A DNA stretch of 64,000 bases from Verrucomicrobiota bacterium. Its GTDB lineage: Bacteria > Verrucomicrobiota > Verrucomicrobiia > Limisphaerales > JADLHS01. The position numbers and the translations under genes were made by a program. The notes beneath the pieces were generated by a model. It had not been told where the DNA came from, made no database searches, and saw only the letters and a list, made by a program, of their open reading frames with translations. The DNA lies in NCBI GenBank assembly GCA_013140495.1, contig JABFSR010000015.1, positions 11,210-75,209 of the forward strand. Reading direction: 5' to 3'. Positions 44,398 through 51,705 of the stretch are shown in pieces; position 1 is the stretch's first letter; the number at the start of each line of letters is the position of its first letter.

Positions 44398-45636
44398 TTA
44401 TGCCGCTGGCAAAGTCAGCACAGCGAATGCAGTTGCCGCACGCACGCGACCGCCCGCGCGGGCGATGCTGCGGAAGCTGCGCTGGTAGTAATCCCATTTG
44501 TGGTGATCGCTGCCGTCGAATTGGAATTCCTTCCGCATCGCGAGGTAGTAACCCATCGGATCGCCGAAGGCCGCAATCTTGGCGTTTGCCGCATCCGTGC
44601 TGGGCGCGGCGTGTGACATTTGAATCGCGTAGCCGAGAATTCCGCCAATGGCTTTGAAGTCCGGGCGCTCCAGGAGCGATTGGAAGATCGGGCGGCCCAT
44701 GCCGTCTTTGACCAACATCGCCTTTGCCAGAATGGTTGGATGCAACCACCAACGGGCATCGCGTGTGAGGACTTCCGGCGCAACCGCGGTGAGGCAGCGA
44801 ATCCAGTCATCAAAGTCCGTTGTCCCAACGGTGGTGTTCCCCGCAGCCGCAGCCGCAGCGGTGCCGCCATAGAAAATGCCGGTGAAACCGCCGTCCGTTA
44901 CATTCGCTCCGGCGTTTGCAGCAATAGCCATGTGGTCAAGCCGACGATTCGTGGCGTTGCGAAACTTGCGCAGCACGCGGCTGGTGAGATCGTATTCGGC
45001 ATCGTCGAGCAAGGTTTGGAAAACGTTGATCAACGTGGCAAAAATCTTCACCGATACAGTCGGCGCTTCGCCGGCCGCGTTTTCATCGTCTGGAATTTGT
45101 GTTCCCTCGCTAATGATGACGCAGACCGGATCGGCAGTGTCCACCGGCACCGTTGTGGTTTTGCTGCCAACCAACTCCACGTCGAACATTGGCCAAACGC
45201 CAAATGTTGAAAGCACATCGTAGATTTCCCGGGCCATGCCGCCGGTGATGTAGCCGCTCCCCGGAGATGTATCTTCACCCAGGGCTTTCTGGAGATGTTC
45301 CGGCAATCGCTCGCCGGTCTTGAGCAGCGTCTTGCGCGCGAGTGCATTGAAGCGCTCTGATTTTTCTTCGTCGTCAGTGATGCGCTTGATGGGATCGCCG
45401 AAGGCCGCGATGTTCGCGCGCTGAACAAGGCTTTGCACTTCCTCGATTTTGCGCACGAGTGATTTGAAACTGCCGTCAGTGTTGTTGCCAAACTTTTTGA
45501 GCTTTTCAATATCCTCAAAGGCTTTGCGGGTTTCCTTGTCCAGGCGGGATACGTCGGTGAGGATGGTCTTTTGTGTTCCGTGCAGGCTCGTGATGCCTTT
45601 CTCAATTTTGTCCAGTAAATCAATGTCTTCGTTCAT
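44398..45636 (-). CDS. HK97-fold phage major capsid protein (412 aa)
   Basis: N-terminal coiled-coil delta-like domain (DLLDKIEKGITSLHGTQKTILTDVSRLDKETRKAFEDIEKLKK). Phage_capsid-type C-terminal blocks GGILGYAIQMSHAAP ... AAFGDPMGYYLAMRKEF. ATGA overlap with the upstream ORF. Confidence 0.8.
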   Translation of the reverse strand: MNEDIDLLDKIEKGITSLHGTQKTILTDVSRLDKETRKAFEDIEKLKKFGNNTDGSFKSLVRKIEEVQSLVQRANIAAFGDPIKRITDDEEKSERFNALARKTLLKTGERLPEHLQKALGEDTSPGSGYITGGMAREIYDVLSTFGVWPMFDVELVGSKTTTVPVDTADPVCVIISEGTQIPDDENAAGEAPTVSVKIFATLINVFQTLLDDAEYDLTSRVLRKFRNATNRRLDHMAIAANAGANVTDGGFTGIFYGGTAAAAAAGNTTVGTTDFDDWIRCLTAVAPEVLTRDARWWLHPTILAKAMLVKDGMGRPIFQSLLERPDFKAIGGILGYAIQMSHAAPSTDAANAKIAAFGDPMGYYLAMRKEFQFDGSDHHKWDYYQRSFRSIARAGGRVRAATAFAVLTLPAA

Positions 45637-46265
45637 AACGGTTGTAGCTTTTGCCCGGTTTGCGGGTGTATTTTGCACCGCTTCGTGAATGGTTCCCGCC
45701 CCTTGCCAGGCTTCAAATGCGCCAAGGGGAGCAAGAGCTTTTGAAGCAGTTTCGTGAACCGATTTGATGTGGTGTTGCCCGCAATTGCGGGTCTTGGCTC
45801 GTTGGCAGTTGCCGGATGAGGGCTTGCGGCAAGTCCGGCTCTGGGCTGCAAGTCCAAACTGACTGACGAAAAATCAAGGCGCTCTCCAGGCACGGGCCAA
45901 TAAGCGACCAGCGTGCGATGCTGTTCGGAAACGAACACGCGCGCGAAGCGGAGCAAGCCGATGCGGCGAAGCACAGCCAAGGCGGCATCGCGCACAATCT
46001 CCACTGCGGACGCGCGCAGGATAAACCAACGTTGGCCGGGAATATCCACCGTGCATTCAAACGCACCGGAGGATTCAGGGAATCCCGCTGCCAGCAGCCG
46101 TGGCAAGTCGCGCTTGTTGAGGGGATGACGATCTGTAAATCCATCAAAGCAGACCGCGACCGCATTGCCGACCCGATCCAACACGGGAACGAGTTGGTTG
46201 GCGTGGAGGAAAAGTTCCGAGACAACCTCATCTGTGGGCTGCAAGCGTGGTGTTATGGTTTTCAC
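45633..46265 (-). CDS. Hypothetical protein (210 aa) upstream of the capsid gene
   Basis: GTG 46265 overlaps the Ner-like stop (GTGA). The stop overlaps the capsid ATG. No protease or portal motifs recognised. Confidence 0.5.
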   Translation of the reverse strand: MKTITPRLQPTDEVVSELFLHANQLVPVLDRVGNAVAVCFDGFTDRHPLNKRDLPRLLAAGFPESSGAFECTVDIPGQRWFILRASAVEIVRDAALAVLRRIGLLRFARVFVSEQHRTLVAYWPVPGERLDFSSVSLDLQPRAGLAASPHPATANEPRPAIAGNTTSNRFTKLLQKLLLPLAHLKPGKGREPFTKRCKIHPQTGQKLQPL

Positions 46266-46471
46266 GCGGTGGCCTTGGGTTGGTTGGCGGTGCGTTGCTG
46301 GTTTTTCAAGGTGCGGTAGCGGGCGAGCAATGGTTTGGATTCCCGCTTGTCGGTCAGCACAGCTTGTAGATGCTGACGTGATACGCAGAGCCTTCGGGCA
46401 TCGCCGCAAATTCCGGCTATGCGCTCGGCGCGTTTTTGCTTCGCGCTTTGGCTTTGGCAACTTATCGTCAC
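46262..46471 (-). CDS. Ner/Cro-like small HTH regulator (69 aa)
   Basis: KRAERIAGICGDARRLCVSRQHLQAVLTDKRESKPLLARY resembles Ner/HTH_35-type regulators. Divergent from the XRE repressor. GTG start. Confidence 0.5.
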   Translation of the reverse strand: MTISCQSQSAKQKRAERIAGICGDARRLCVSRQHLQAVLTDKRESKPLLARYRTLKNQQRTANQPKATA

Positions 46472-46495
46472 GGCGACAATTGATAGACGTAAATT

Positions 46496-47263
46496 ATGCC
46501 TGATGCAACAAATAAATTGCTTTTAGCTAAAACTGTAGGCGACCGGCTCGGTTGGCTGCGCGAGTTCAAAGGGTTGACGCTTCAGCAATTCGCAGAGCGT
46601 GTCGGCTGTGATGCGGGTTACTTGAGCAAACTGGAAACCGGCAAGGCCAAACAACCATCTGACCGATTCTTAAAAGTTGTCAGAGATACATTCGCCGTAA
46701 GATCGGATTGGCTTTGGGAAGGGGATGGTGATCCGTTTTTTGAAAATGAGGCTGGAGTTAAAGCCAAGCCCGCAGAAAAGTGGCTTGAAGACAGGGCGCA
46801 ACGTGTCCATGGAGTAATCAGTGATCTGCCAGATGAGTTGGCGGTTCATGATGTGCTCGCCAGAATTCTTCGCGACATGCCTCGGACTTTAATTTTTGAA
46901 CGCTGGATGGAAATCAGCAATCTCCCGGACTTACCTCTTTCGGCGCAGTGGTTCTGGCAAAAGGGGTTTCTTCACGAGATTGAAAAACGGCTAAAAGCCG
47001 AAGCCGAAGCCGGTCGCATAACAGCTATTGACATTGTTCACGACTCCGTGAATACTGGCGAGGTGAAAGCGCAATGGCCTCTACTTAAAAAGAAACTCCA
47101 GTTGGCAACAAAGCCAGATGGGGCGAAGACAAAACTGGCGGACTTCCTTGGAGTGAAAATCGCCAGCGTCTCGCAGTGGTTGTCAGAGTCGAAGAGCAAG
47201 AGAGAGCCGAGCGCTGAGTATGCGCTTCAGATGCAAGAATGGCTGAGGCGACCACAAACCTAA
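46496..47263 (+). CDS. XRE-family HTH repressor (c-like), 255 aa
   Basis: LTLQQFAERVGCDAGYLSKLETGKAKQPS, plus a second C-terminal HTH-like segment LADFLGVKIASVSQWLSE. Confidence 0.8.
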   Translation: MPDATNKLLLAKTVGDRLGWLREFKGLTLQQFAERVGCDAGYLSKLETGKAKQPSDRFLKVVRDTFAVRSDWLWEGDGDPFFENEAGVKAKPAEKWLEDRAQRVHGVISDLPDELAVHDVLARILRDMPRTLIFERWMEISNLPDLPLSAQWFWQKGFLHEIEKRLKAEAEAGRITAIDIVHDSVNTGEVKAQWPLLKKKLQLATKPDGAKTKLADFLGVKIASVSQWLSESKSKREPSAEYALQMQEWLRRPQT

Positions 47264-47325
47264 AACAAAACGCCCCGGCGAGTGCGTCAACACCAGCCGG
47301 AGCTAGACCCGAATGAAAGAACCCC

Positions 47326-47889
47326 ATGAAGAGAACAAACACCCGAGTCCGCCGTGACTCTTCCAAAAAAACGGCCAATCCACAAGTCCCGAAAAACCTC
47401 ACGTATGGAAGGTGTCTGACTTCCAAGGAATTCAAGGTGGTGGCGCTCCGGGAGTGTCCGTTGCCAGATGAGATGAAAATTTGTGATGCCCCACACAGCG
47501 CCGCTGGTTATTGGCAGGCCACCATCCCGAGTGCGCCGCAGTTCAACCCTGACAAAGAATGCCTGGTGGTATTGATCTTGAACACAAAGCGGCGGTGTGT
47601 GGGGCATGTAATCGAGAGCGTTGGAAACAGAGACACATTATTGGTCGATGTGGGAAGTGTGTTTCGGGCGGCGGTTATTGCCAATGCAAGCGCCATCGTC
47701 GTAATGCACAATCATCCGAGCGGCGAATCAAATCCGTCGGAGTTGGATATTAAAGTCACCCGCGATCTCATCAAGGCCGGGAATTTATTACGGGTGACTG
47801 TGTGCGACCACGTAGTCATGGGCAAACCCACAGCGGCCAATCCCAAGGGATATTCGTCGTTGAGGGAACTGGGTTATTTCTTCGCGTGA
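47326..47889 (+). CDS. RadC-like JAB/MPN domain protein
   Basis: VVMHNHPSGESNPSELDIKVTRDLIKAG (JAMM motif HxHPSG...S..D). Confidence 0.85.
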   Translation: MKRTNTRVRRDSSKKTANPQVPKNLTYGRCLTSKEFKVVALRECPLPDEMKICDAPHSAAGYWQATIPSAPQFNPDKECLVVLILNTKRRCVGHVIESVGNRDTLLVDVGSVFRAAVIANASAIVVMHNHPSGESNPSELDIKVTRDLIKAGNLLRVTVCDHVVMGKPTAANPKGYSSLRELGYFFA

Positions 47890-47914
47890 GGCCGGTGAAC
47901 TCGAAAGGAAAATT

Positions 47915-48133
47915 ATGACACGAGCCATTGAACAGAGTCTCTACGCGCAGATGCAGAGCGCGCAAGAGTTGGAGCGCAACGCCAGGGAGACGCTCTCGCA
48001 GGCGCATAAAGCCTACGCGTCCGCGCGCAAGGTGTTCGTGCGTCATCGTGCGGAATGGATCAATGCGTTTGATGAACTAGAGCGGCAACAGCCCGCGCCG
48101 CTTCGGGCCTTCGCCTTCGGAGGTGTGAGATGA
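47915..48133 (+). CDS. Hypothetical coiled-coil protein (72 aa)
   Basis: ATG start, helical composition, and a stop overlapping the next small ORF. Confidence 0.45.
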   Translation: MTRAIEQSLYAQMQSAQELERNARETLSQAHKAYASARKVFVRHRAEWINAFDELERQQPAPLRAFAFGGVR

Positions 48134-48240
48134 AAGCTGCGGTGCGTGACATGAATCAGGAACGGAAGGCCGTGCGCTTTGAGTTGAAGGCGCGTTATGC
48201 GTTGTGGCGTCGGCGTGAGGATCGAAACGCGGGCAATTGA
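48130..48240 (+). CDS. Hypothetical 36-aa basic peptide
   Basis: ATGA overlap with the upstream ORF, followed by a terminator. Below the ORF-track size cut-off. Confidence 0.3.
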   Translation: MKAAVRDMNQERKAVRFELKARYALWRRREDRNAGN

Positions 48241-48257
48241 ACTGCGGGATGCCTCCG

Positions 48258-48297
48258 CGCCGGATGAGTCGAGAGACTTGTCCGGCGTTTTTGTTTT
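48258..48297 (+). terminator. Rho-independent terminator of the element's plus-strand operon
   Basis: CGCCGGATGAGTC-GAGA-GACTTGTCCGGCG followed by TTTTTGTTTT. Confidence 0.6.
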
Positions 48298-48459
48298 GTG
48301 GCTAGAGAAAGGCTGGCGAGGGCAGTGGTACCGAGCGCAACCAGGCAGGCGGAAGGCGGCGTGCAGCGCGGTTTCAGATGGCTTGCAATTGGGCTTTAGC
48401 GAGGGATTAAAAGGGCGGGGCAGGGTGCGTGTTGGGGTGTTGCTAGGCAAATCTTGCCT

Positions 48460-48719
48460 CGTGGGACATCTGCACATTGATGGTTTGGTCCCACGTCAGA
48501 AACGCAATGTGCAGAATCACGGTTGGACGTGGGACAAACTCACAGAACCCCTGTTTTTATAGGCTGGAATCGTGTCCCACGTCATTCTGCACATTTGTAA
48601 AAAACGCCTCTTTTTGAAGCCTGCTGAAATCAAGATGTTTTTGCCACGCAAGTCATTGATTTTCGGTATTCTTCGGCCTCATTCGGGCTATTTCGGCATT
48701 CTGCACAAATGCGCCGACG
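48460..48719. repeat. Right-end repeat cluster: four TGTGCAGA-type sites, GTCCCACGTC/GACGTGGGAC palindromes, four phased TTCGG repeats
   Basis: TCTGCACA at 48469, 48586 and 48700. TGTGCAGA at 48508. GTCCCACGTC at 48488 and 48574. GACGTGGGAC at 48526. TTCGG at 48662/48672/48682/48692. Confidence 0.6.
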
Positions 48720-48740
48720 AGACTCATCAATAATGAAAAT

Positions 48741-48825
48741 TGGTGCGCATGGCAGGACTTGAACCTGCACACCTTGCGGCACTACCACCTCAAAGTAGCG
48801 TGTCTGCCAATTCCACCACATGCGC
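48741..48825 (-). tRNA. tRNA-Leu (anticodon GAG), long variable arm, CCA encoded
   Basis: Reverse complement: GCGCATG-TG-GTG-GAATTGGCAGA-CAC-G-CTACT-TTGAGGT-GGTAG-variable arm-GCAGG-TTCAAGT-CCTGC-CATGCGC-A-CCA. Confidence 0.9.
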
Positions 48826-48940
48826 GAACCGGCTATAATGAACCAAATCCCTCCCGTCTTGCGCAAGGTAATTGTTCCGCTGGCTAAATGCCGGACAATG
48901 AAAGGAGCAAGGTCAGGTTTTCAAAATTGGCTGCATCAAA

Positions 48941-49903
48941 TTACGAACGTCTTCGCAACACAAGCACAACATTGTCCGCCAGCCCGCATTGGGCGAGTGC
49001 GTATTCGGCAACACCGTAAGCCGCCTTCACCGGTTTCATCCAGGACTTCTGTTTATAGGCGGTGGTTTGTTTGAGTAATCGCGCCCGTTCCGTGTTTGAT
49101 ACGTCCCGCCCTCCATCGCGCCAATCCTGCCAGATGACTACTGGATTGAAATGCGTGAACCGTGTTGCAATCACTTCAAACTTCTTCGCAGCCAGACACA
49201 CAAGCGTCCGGTTGTCGAAGTAATTCAAGTGCTGGGAATAGACATAGCGATAACTCGCACCTAGCAGACGCACAGCAAGCGACCTGAAGTTCGGCACAAG
49301 AACCACGCAAACCCCGCCCGGCTTGAGAACCGAATGCGCCTTCTCCAAAAAGTGTCCCGGCTCGGCCACGTGTTCGAGTACGGCCCAGAACGTCACCGAG
49401 TCGAACTTGCGCCCGGTGAACTCCTCCTCCAGAACATTTCCACGCACCACCGGGACGCCGCGCGACTCGGCGTAGTCCAGCGGTGCACCGCTCACATCCA
49501 TGCCGAGAACTTTGTAATCAGCCGGCCACCGCTTGCGCAGTTGGAACAGAAAGGCGCCGGAGGAACAACCCACGTCCAAGACATCTCCACGCGAACAATA
49601 ACTGCGAAACAGCCGAAGCTCGCGTTCAAATCGAACGTCCGCGTAATCGCTCTCAAGCTTGTCGGGTGAGAGATAATACTCCGTGCCAACATCGTCATAA
49701 AATTTGCCGGATGCCATGCCGACCGGGATGGGATTCGCATAAATTATCCCGCAACTTCCACAGCGCACGAGGTTCAGGTCGCGCTTTTGCCAGTGCGGCT
49801 TGCCATCCTGCGCACCGCAAACCGGGCAGTTCCTTTGCACCAGCGAATCTTTGGATTCAACCATTCTTGTGTGTTTACGCCGGACGCTTTCCGCGTGAGG
49901 CAT
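48941..49903 (-). CDS. Class I SAM-dependent methyltransferase with N-terminal zinc ribbon
   Basis: CPVCGAQ...VRCGSCGIIYANP, then VLDVGCSSGAFL (motif I). Confidence 0.85.
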   Translation of the reverse strand: MPHAESVRRKHTRMVESKDSLVQRNCPVCGAQDGKPHWQKRDLNLVRCGSCGIIYANPIPVGMASGKFYDDVGTEYYLSPDKLESDYADVRFERELRLFRSYCSRGDVLDVGCSSGAFLFQLRKRWPADYKVLGMDVSGAPLDYAESRGVPVVRGNVLEEEFTGRKFDSVTFWAVLEHVAEPGHFLEKAHSVLKPGGVCVVLVPNFRSLAVRLLGASYRYVYSQHLNYFDNRTLVCLAAKKFEVIATRFTHFNPVVIWQDWRDGGRDVSNTERARLLKQTTAYKQKSWMKPVKAAYGVAEYALAQCGLADNVVLVLRRRS

Positions 49904-50085
49904 GGCGCTTTCTACTCGCGCGCGGAATTCGTGTCAACACGCGCGCCCGTTTTGTTTTGCGAGCAAACTCCGGGTGGAGGCAAAAACAATGGTTTCTTTT
50001 GATGTTGGCTGGTTGAACGTGAATCCCAACTGCAGTTTATTGAGTTGACGCAACGAATCCAAAGCCATTAAGTCGTTTCACTCTT

Positions 50086-51504
50086 ATGAAACTCCAAACT
50101 TACCGTGACCTGCCGCCGTTGGCAGGGCTTTGTTCCTTTGAACAAGCGACACGACCGGGCCTGATGATCGAGTCATGCGTGGCGCGACTGAAGCGTTATC
50201 ATCATGCCTTCAAACGGCTGCACGAGATCTTCACAGCCCGCATCACTGCCGAACCAATCTACGAACTGAAGTCCGCATTCAGTCTGCACGCCTACCTCTG
50301 CTCCGAGCATGTGATGAGCCTCCGCACCCGCGTCGGCGAAATGCGCGAACCGCCTCTCGGACTCGACGCCATTCCCTCGGATGCGTTGCAGGTTTTCTTC
50401 GACGAGATTCTCGCCGCGCCCGACACTGCGCAACTACTGGTCGGGCTGTATGAAAAAGCGTTGCCTGCGCTTGACGCAGCACTCGCTCGTCACCTGGAGG
50501 AAACCAACCACCTCGCCGATGCACCCACAATCCGACTGATTCGCTTCGCACGTCTGGAACTGGCTGACATGGTCAGTTTCGGAAACAAGGCCGGAGCGCA
50601 ATTGGTAGATGGCAAGGCAAGGTCAGCGATGGGCGGCTGGCTAACTCTGCTTGATGATTGTCTCGCAGTTGCAGGACAGTTGGATGGCGCAACCGAGCCA
50701 TTGAAAAAGAACCTTACCCGCATCCATTCCGCCAAGCCCTACGTTTACGATGGTCGGCCTCAGCGCGACGAACGGTTTCGCGATCCGTGGAATCAAGGCG
50801 TCAACCCGGAGGTCTTCCTCTACGATCCGGAAATGCCCGCGCGCGCCAAGACACTCATGCTTTTTTACCGGCGCATCCGCGAAATTGACGTGCCCGAGAT
50901 GATGGCTAGCATCATTGCGCAGACACCCGACAAACCGGCGGGTTACTATCGCGACATGTCCCGGCAACTCTGGGATGAAGCCCGTCACGCGATGATGGGC
51001 GAGGTCGGCTTCATCGCCAACGGCGTGGACTGGCAGCTCGCGCGCATCAGTTGGAACTGGTCGTATCGCCTCAACACAGAATGCACGCCGATGGAACGCC
51101 ACGCCGTGTTGTATTTCATCGAGCAAGGACTCATGGGCAAAACCGGCAAGCGCTACGAAATGGAAGTCGGCGTTGAATCCGGCGACGCACTGGCCGGACT
51201 GTTTCAGGATTACGATTGGGCGGACGAAGTTCTGCACGCCCGCATCGGGCGCGACTGGTTTGTCTCAGCGATGGGCGACTCGACCAAGGCCATTGCCTAT
51301 GGCGACGAATGCTGGTCGCGAATCCTGAACAACTGGCGCACGGTGCTGGATCAAGGATTGACCCGGCACGAAAACTGGTGGCCGGTAGTTTATTCCGCCG
51401 CATGTCAGAGCTGGAACATCACTCCCGATCCAAAAGTGCTGGCCTACAATCAGACCTACGAAGGCAGCCGCGCTGACCTGAAACACGTTTCCAATTCCGG
51501 CTGA
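50086..51504 (+). CDS. Ferritin-like di-iron carboxylate protein (DUF455/MiaE-like), function unknown
   Basis: E / ExxH / E / ExxH pattern: IDVPEMM, LWDEARHAMMGE, YFIEQGL and WADEVLHARIG. Confidence 0.6.
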   Translation: MKLQTYRDLPPLAGLCSFEQATRPGLMIESCVARLKRYHHAFKRLHEIFTARITAEPIYELKSAFSLHAYLCSEHVMSLRTRVGEMREPPLGLDAIPSDALQVFFDEILAAPDTAQLLVGLYEKALPALDAALARHLEETNHLADAPTIRLIRFARLELADMVSFGNKAGAQLVDGKARSAMGGWLTLLDDCLAVAGQLDGATEPLKKNLTRIHSAKPYVYDGRPQRDERFRDPWNQGVNPEVFLYDPEMPARAKTLMLFYRRIREIDVPEMMASIIAQTPDKPAGYYRDMSRQLWDEARHAMMGEVGFIANGVDWQLARISWNWSYRLNTECTPMERHAVLYFIEQGLMGKTGKRYEMEVGVESGDALAGLFQDYDWADEVLHARIGRDWFVSAMGDSTKAIAYGDECWSRILNNWRTVLDQGLTRHENWWPVVYSAACQSWNITPDPKVLAYNQTYEGSRADLKHVSNSG

Positions 51505-51705
51505 TTGAGATTGATGAGCGCCGAAGTGTCGGCGACGAAGAAGAAGGTTCAAAGCCGCAGAACACACCATCCAGCCCGGCCAGGCTTTCACCCATCGGCC
51601 TTTCCACCCTGACATTGAACATGCCAGCGAGTCCAAGAACTCGTTGACAGCCTTCTTTGCCGTGTGGTATAAAGTTACAAGCCCCGATTACAAAATCTCA
51701 GAATT

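Larger units (their letters stand above)
35334..48718. mobile_element. Mu-type (DDE transposase + AAA+ regulator) transposable element with capsid and tape-measure-like genes; boundaries approximate
   Basis: Imperfect 24-nt terminal inverted repeat (35342-35365 versus the reverse complement of 48696-48719, 18/24). 8-nt direct repeat GAGACTCA at 35326-35333 and 48719-48726. Flanked by the end of the host Bat operon and by tRNA-Leu. Confidence 0.7.

Noticed and set aside
44398-45636. Capsid-like ORF as an encapsulin shell gene
   Set aside because: At 412 aa with an N-terminal coiled-coil delta-like domain, it sits in a Mu-type mobile element context with no cargo-type gene adjacent. A phage capsid is the simpler reading, though this cannot be excluded without structure or profile searches.
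45713-46231. 172-aa alternative-frame ORF upstream of the capsid gene, and the long 275-aa version (45633-46460) of ORF210
   Set aside because: The 172-aa frame is Cys/Ser/Arg-rich and not protein-like. The first 65 codons of the 275-aa version are Arg/Pro-rich and overlap the better-supported Ner-like ORF. A GTG 46265 start with GTGA coupling is preferred.
48696-48825. Element as a tRNA-targeting integrase-type genomic island
   Set aside because: No tyrosine or serine recombinase ORF is present in the element. No copy of the tRNA-Leu 3' end is found at the far (35.3 kb) boundary. The element encodes MuA/MuB-type genes and has inverted-repeat ends instead.
48630-48866. 78-aa minus-strand ORF
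   Set aside because: It overlaps and is explained by the tRNA-Leu gene.
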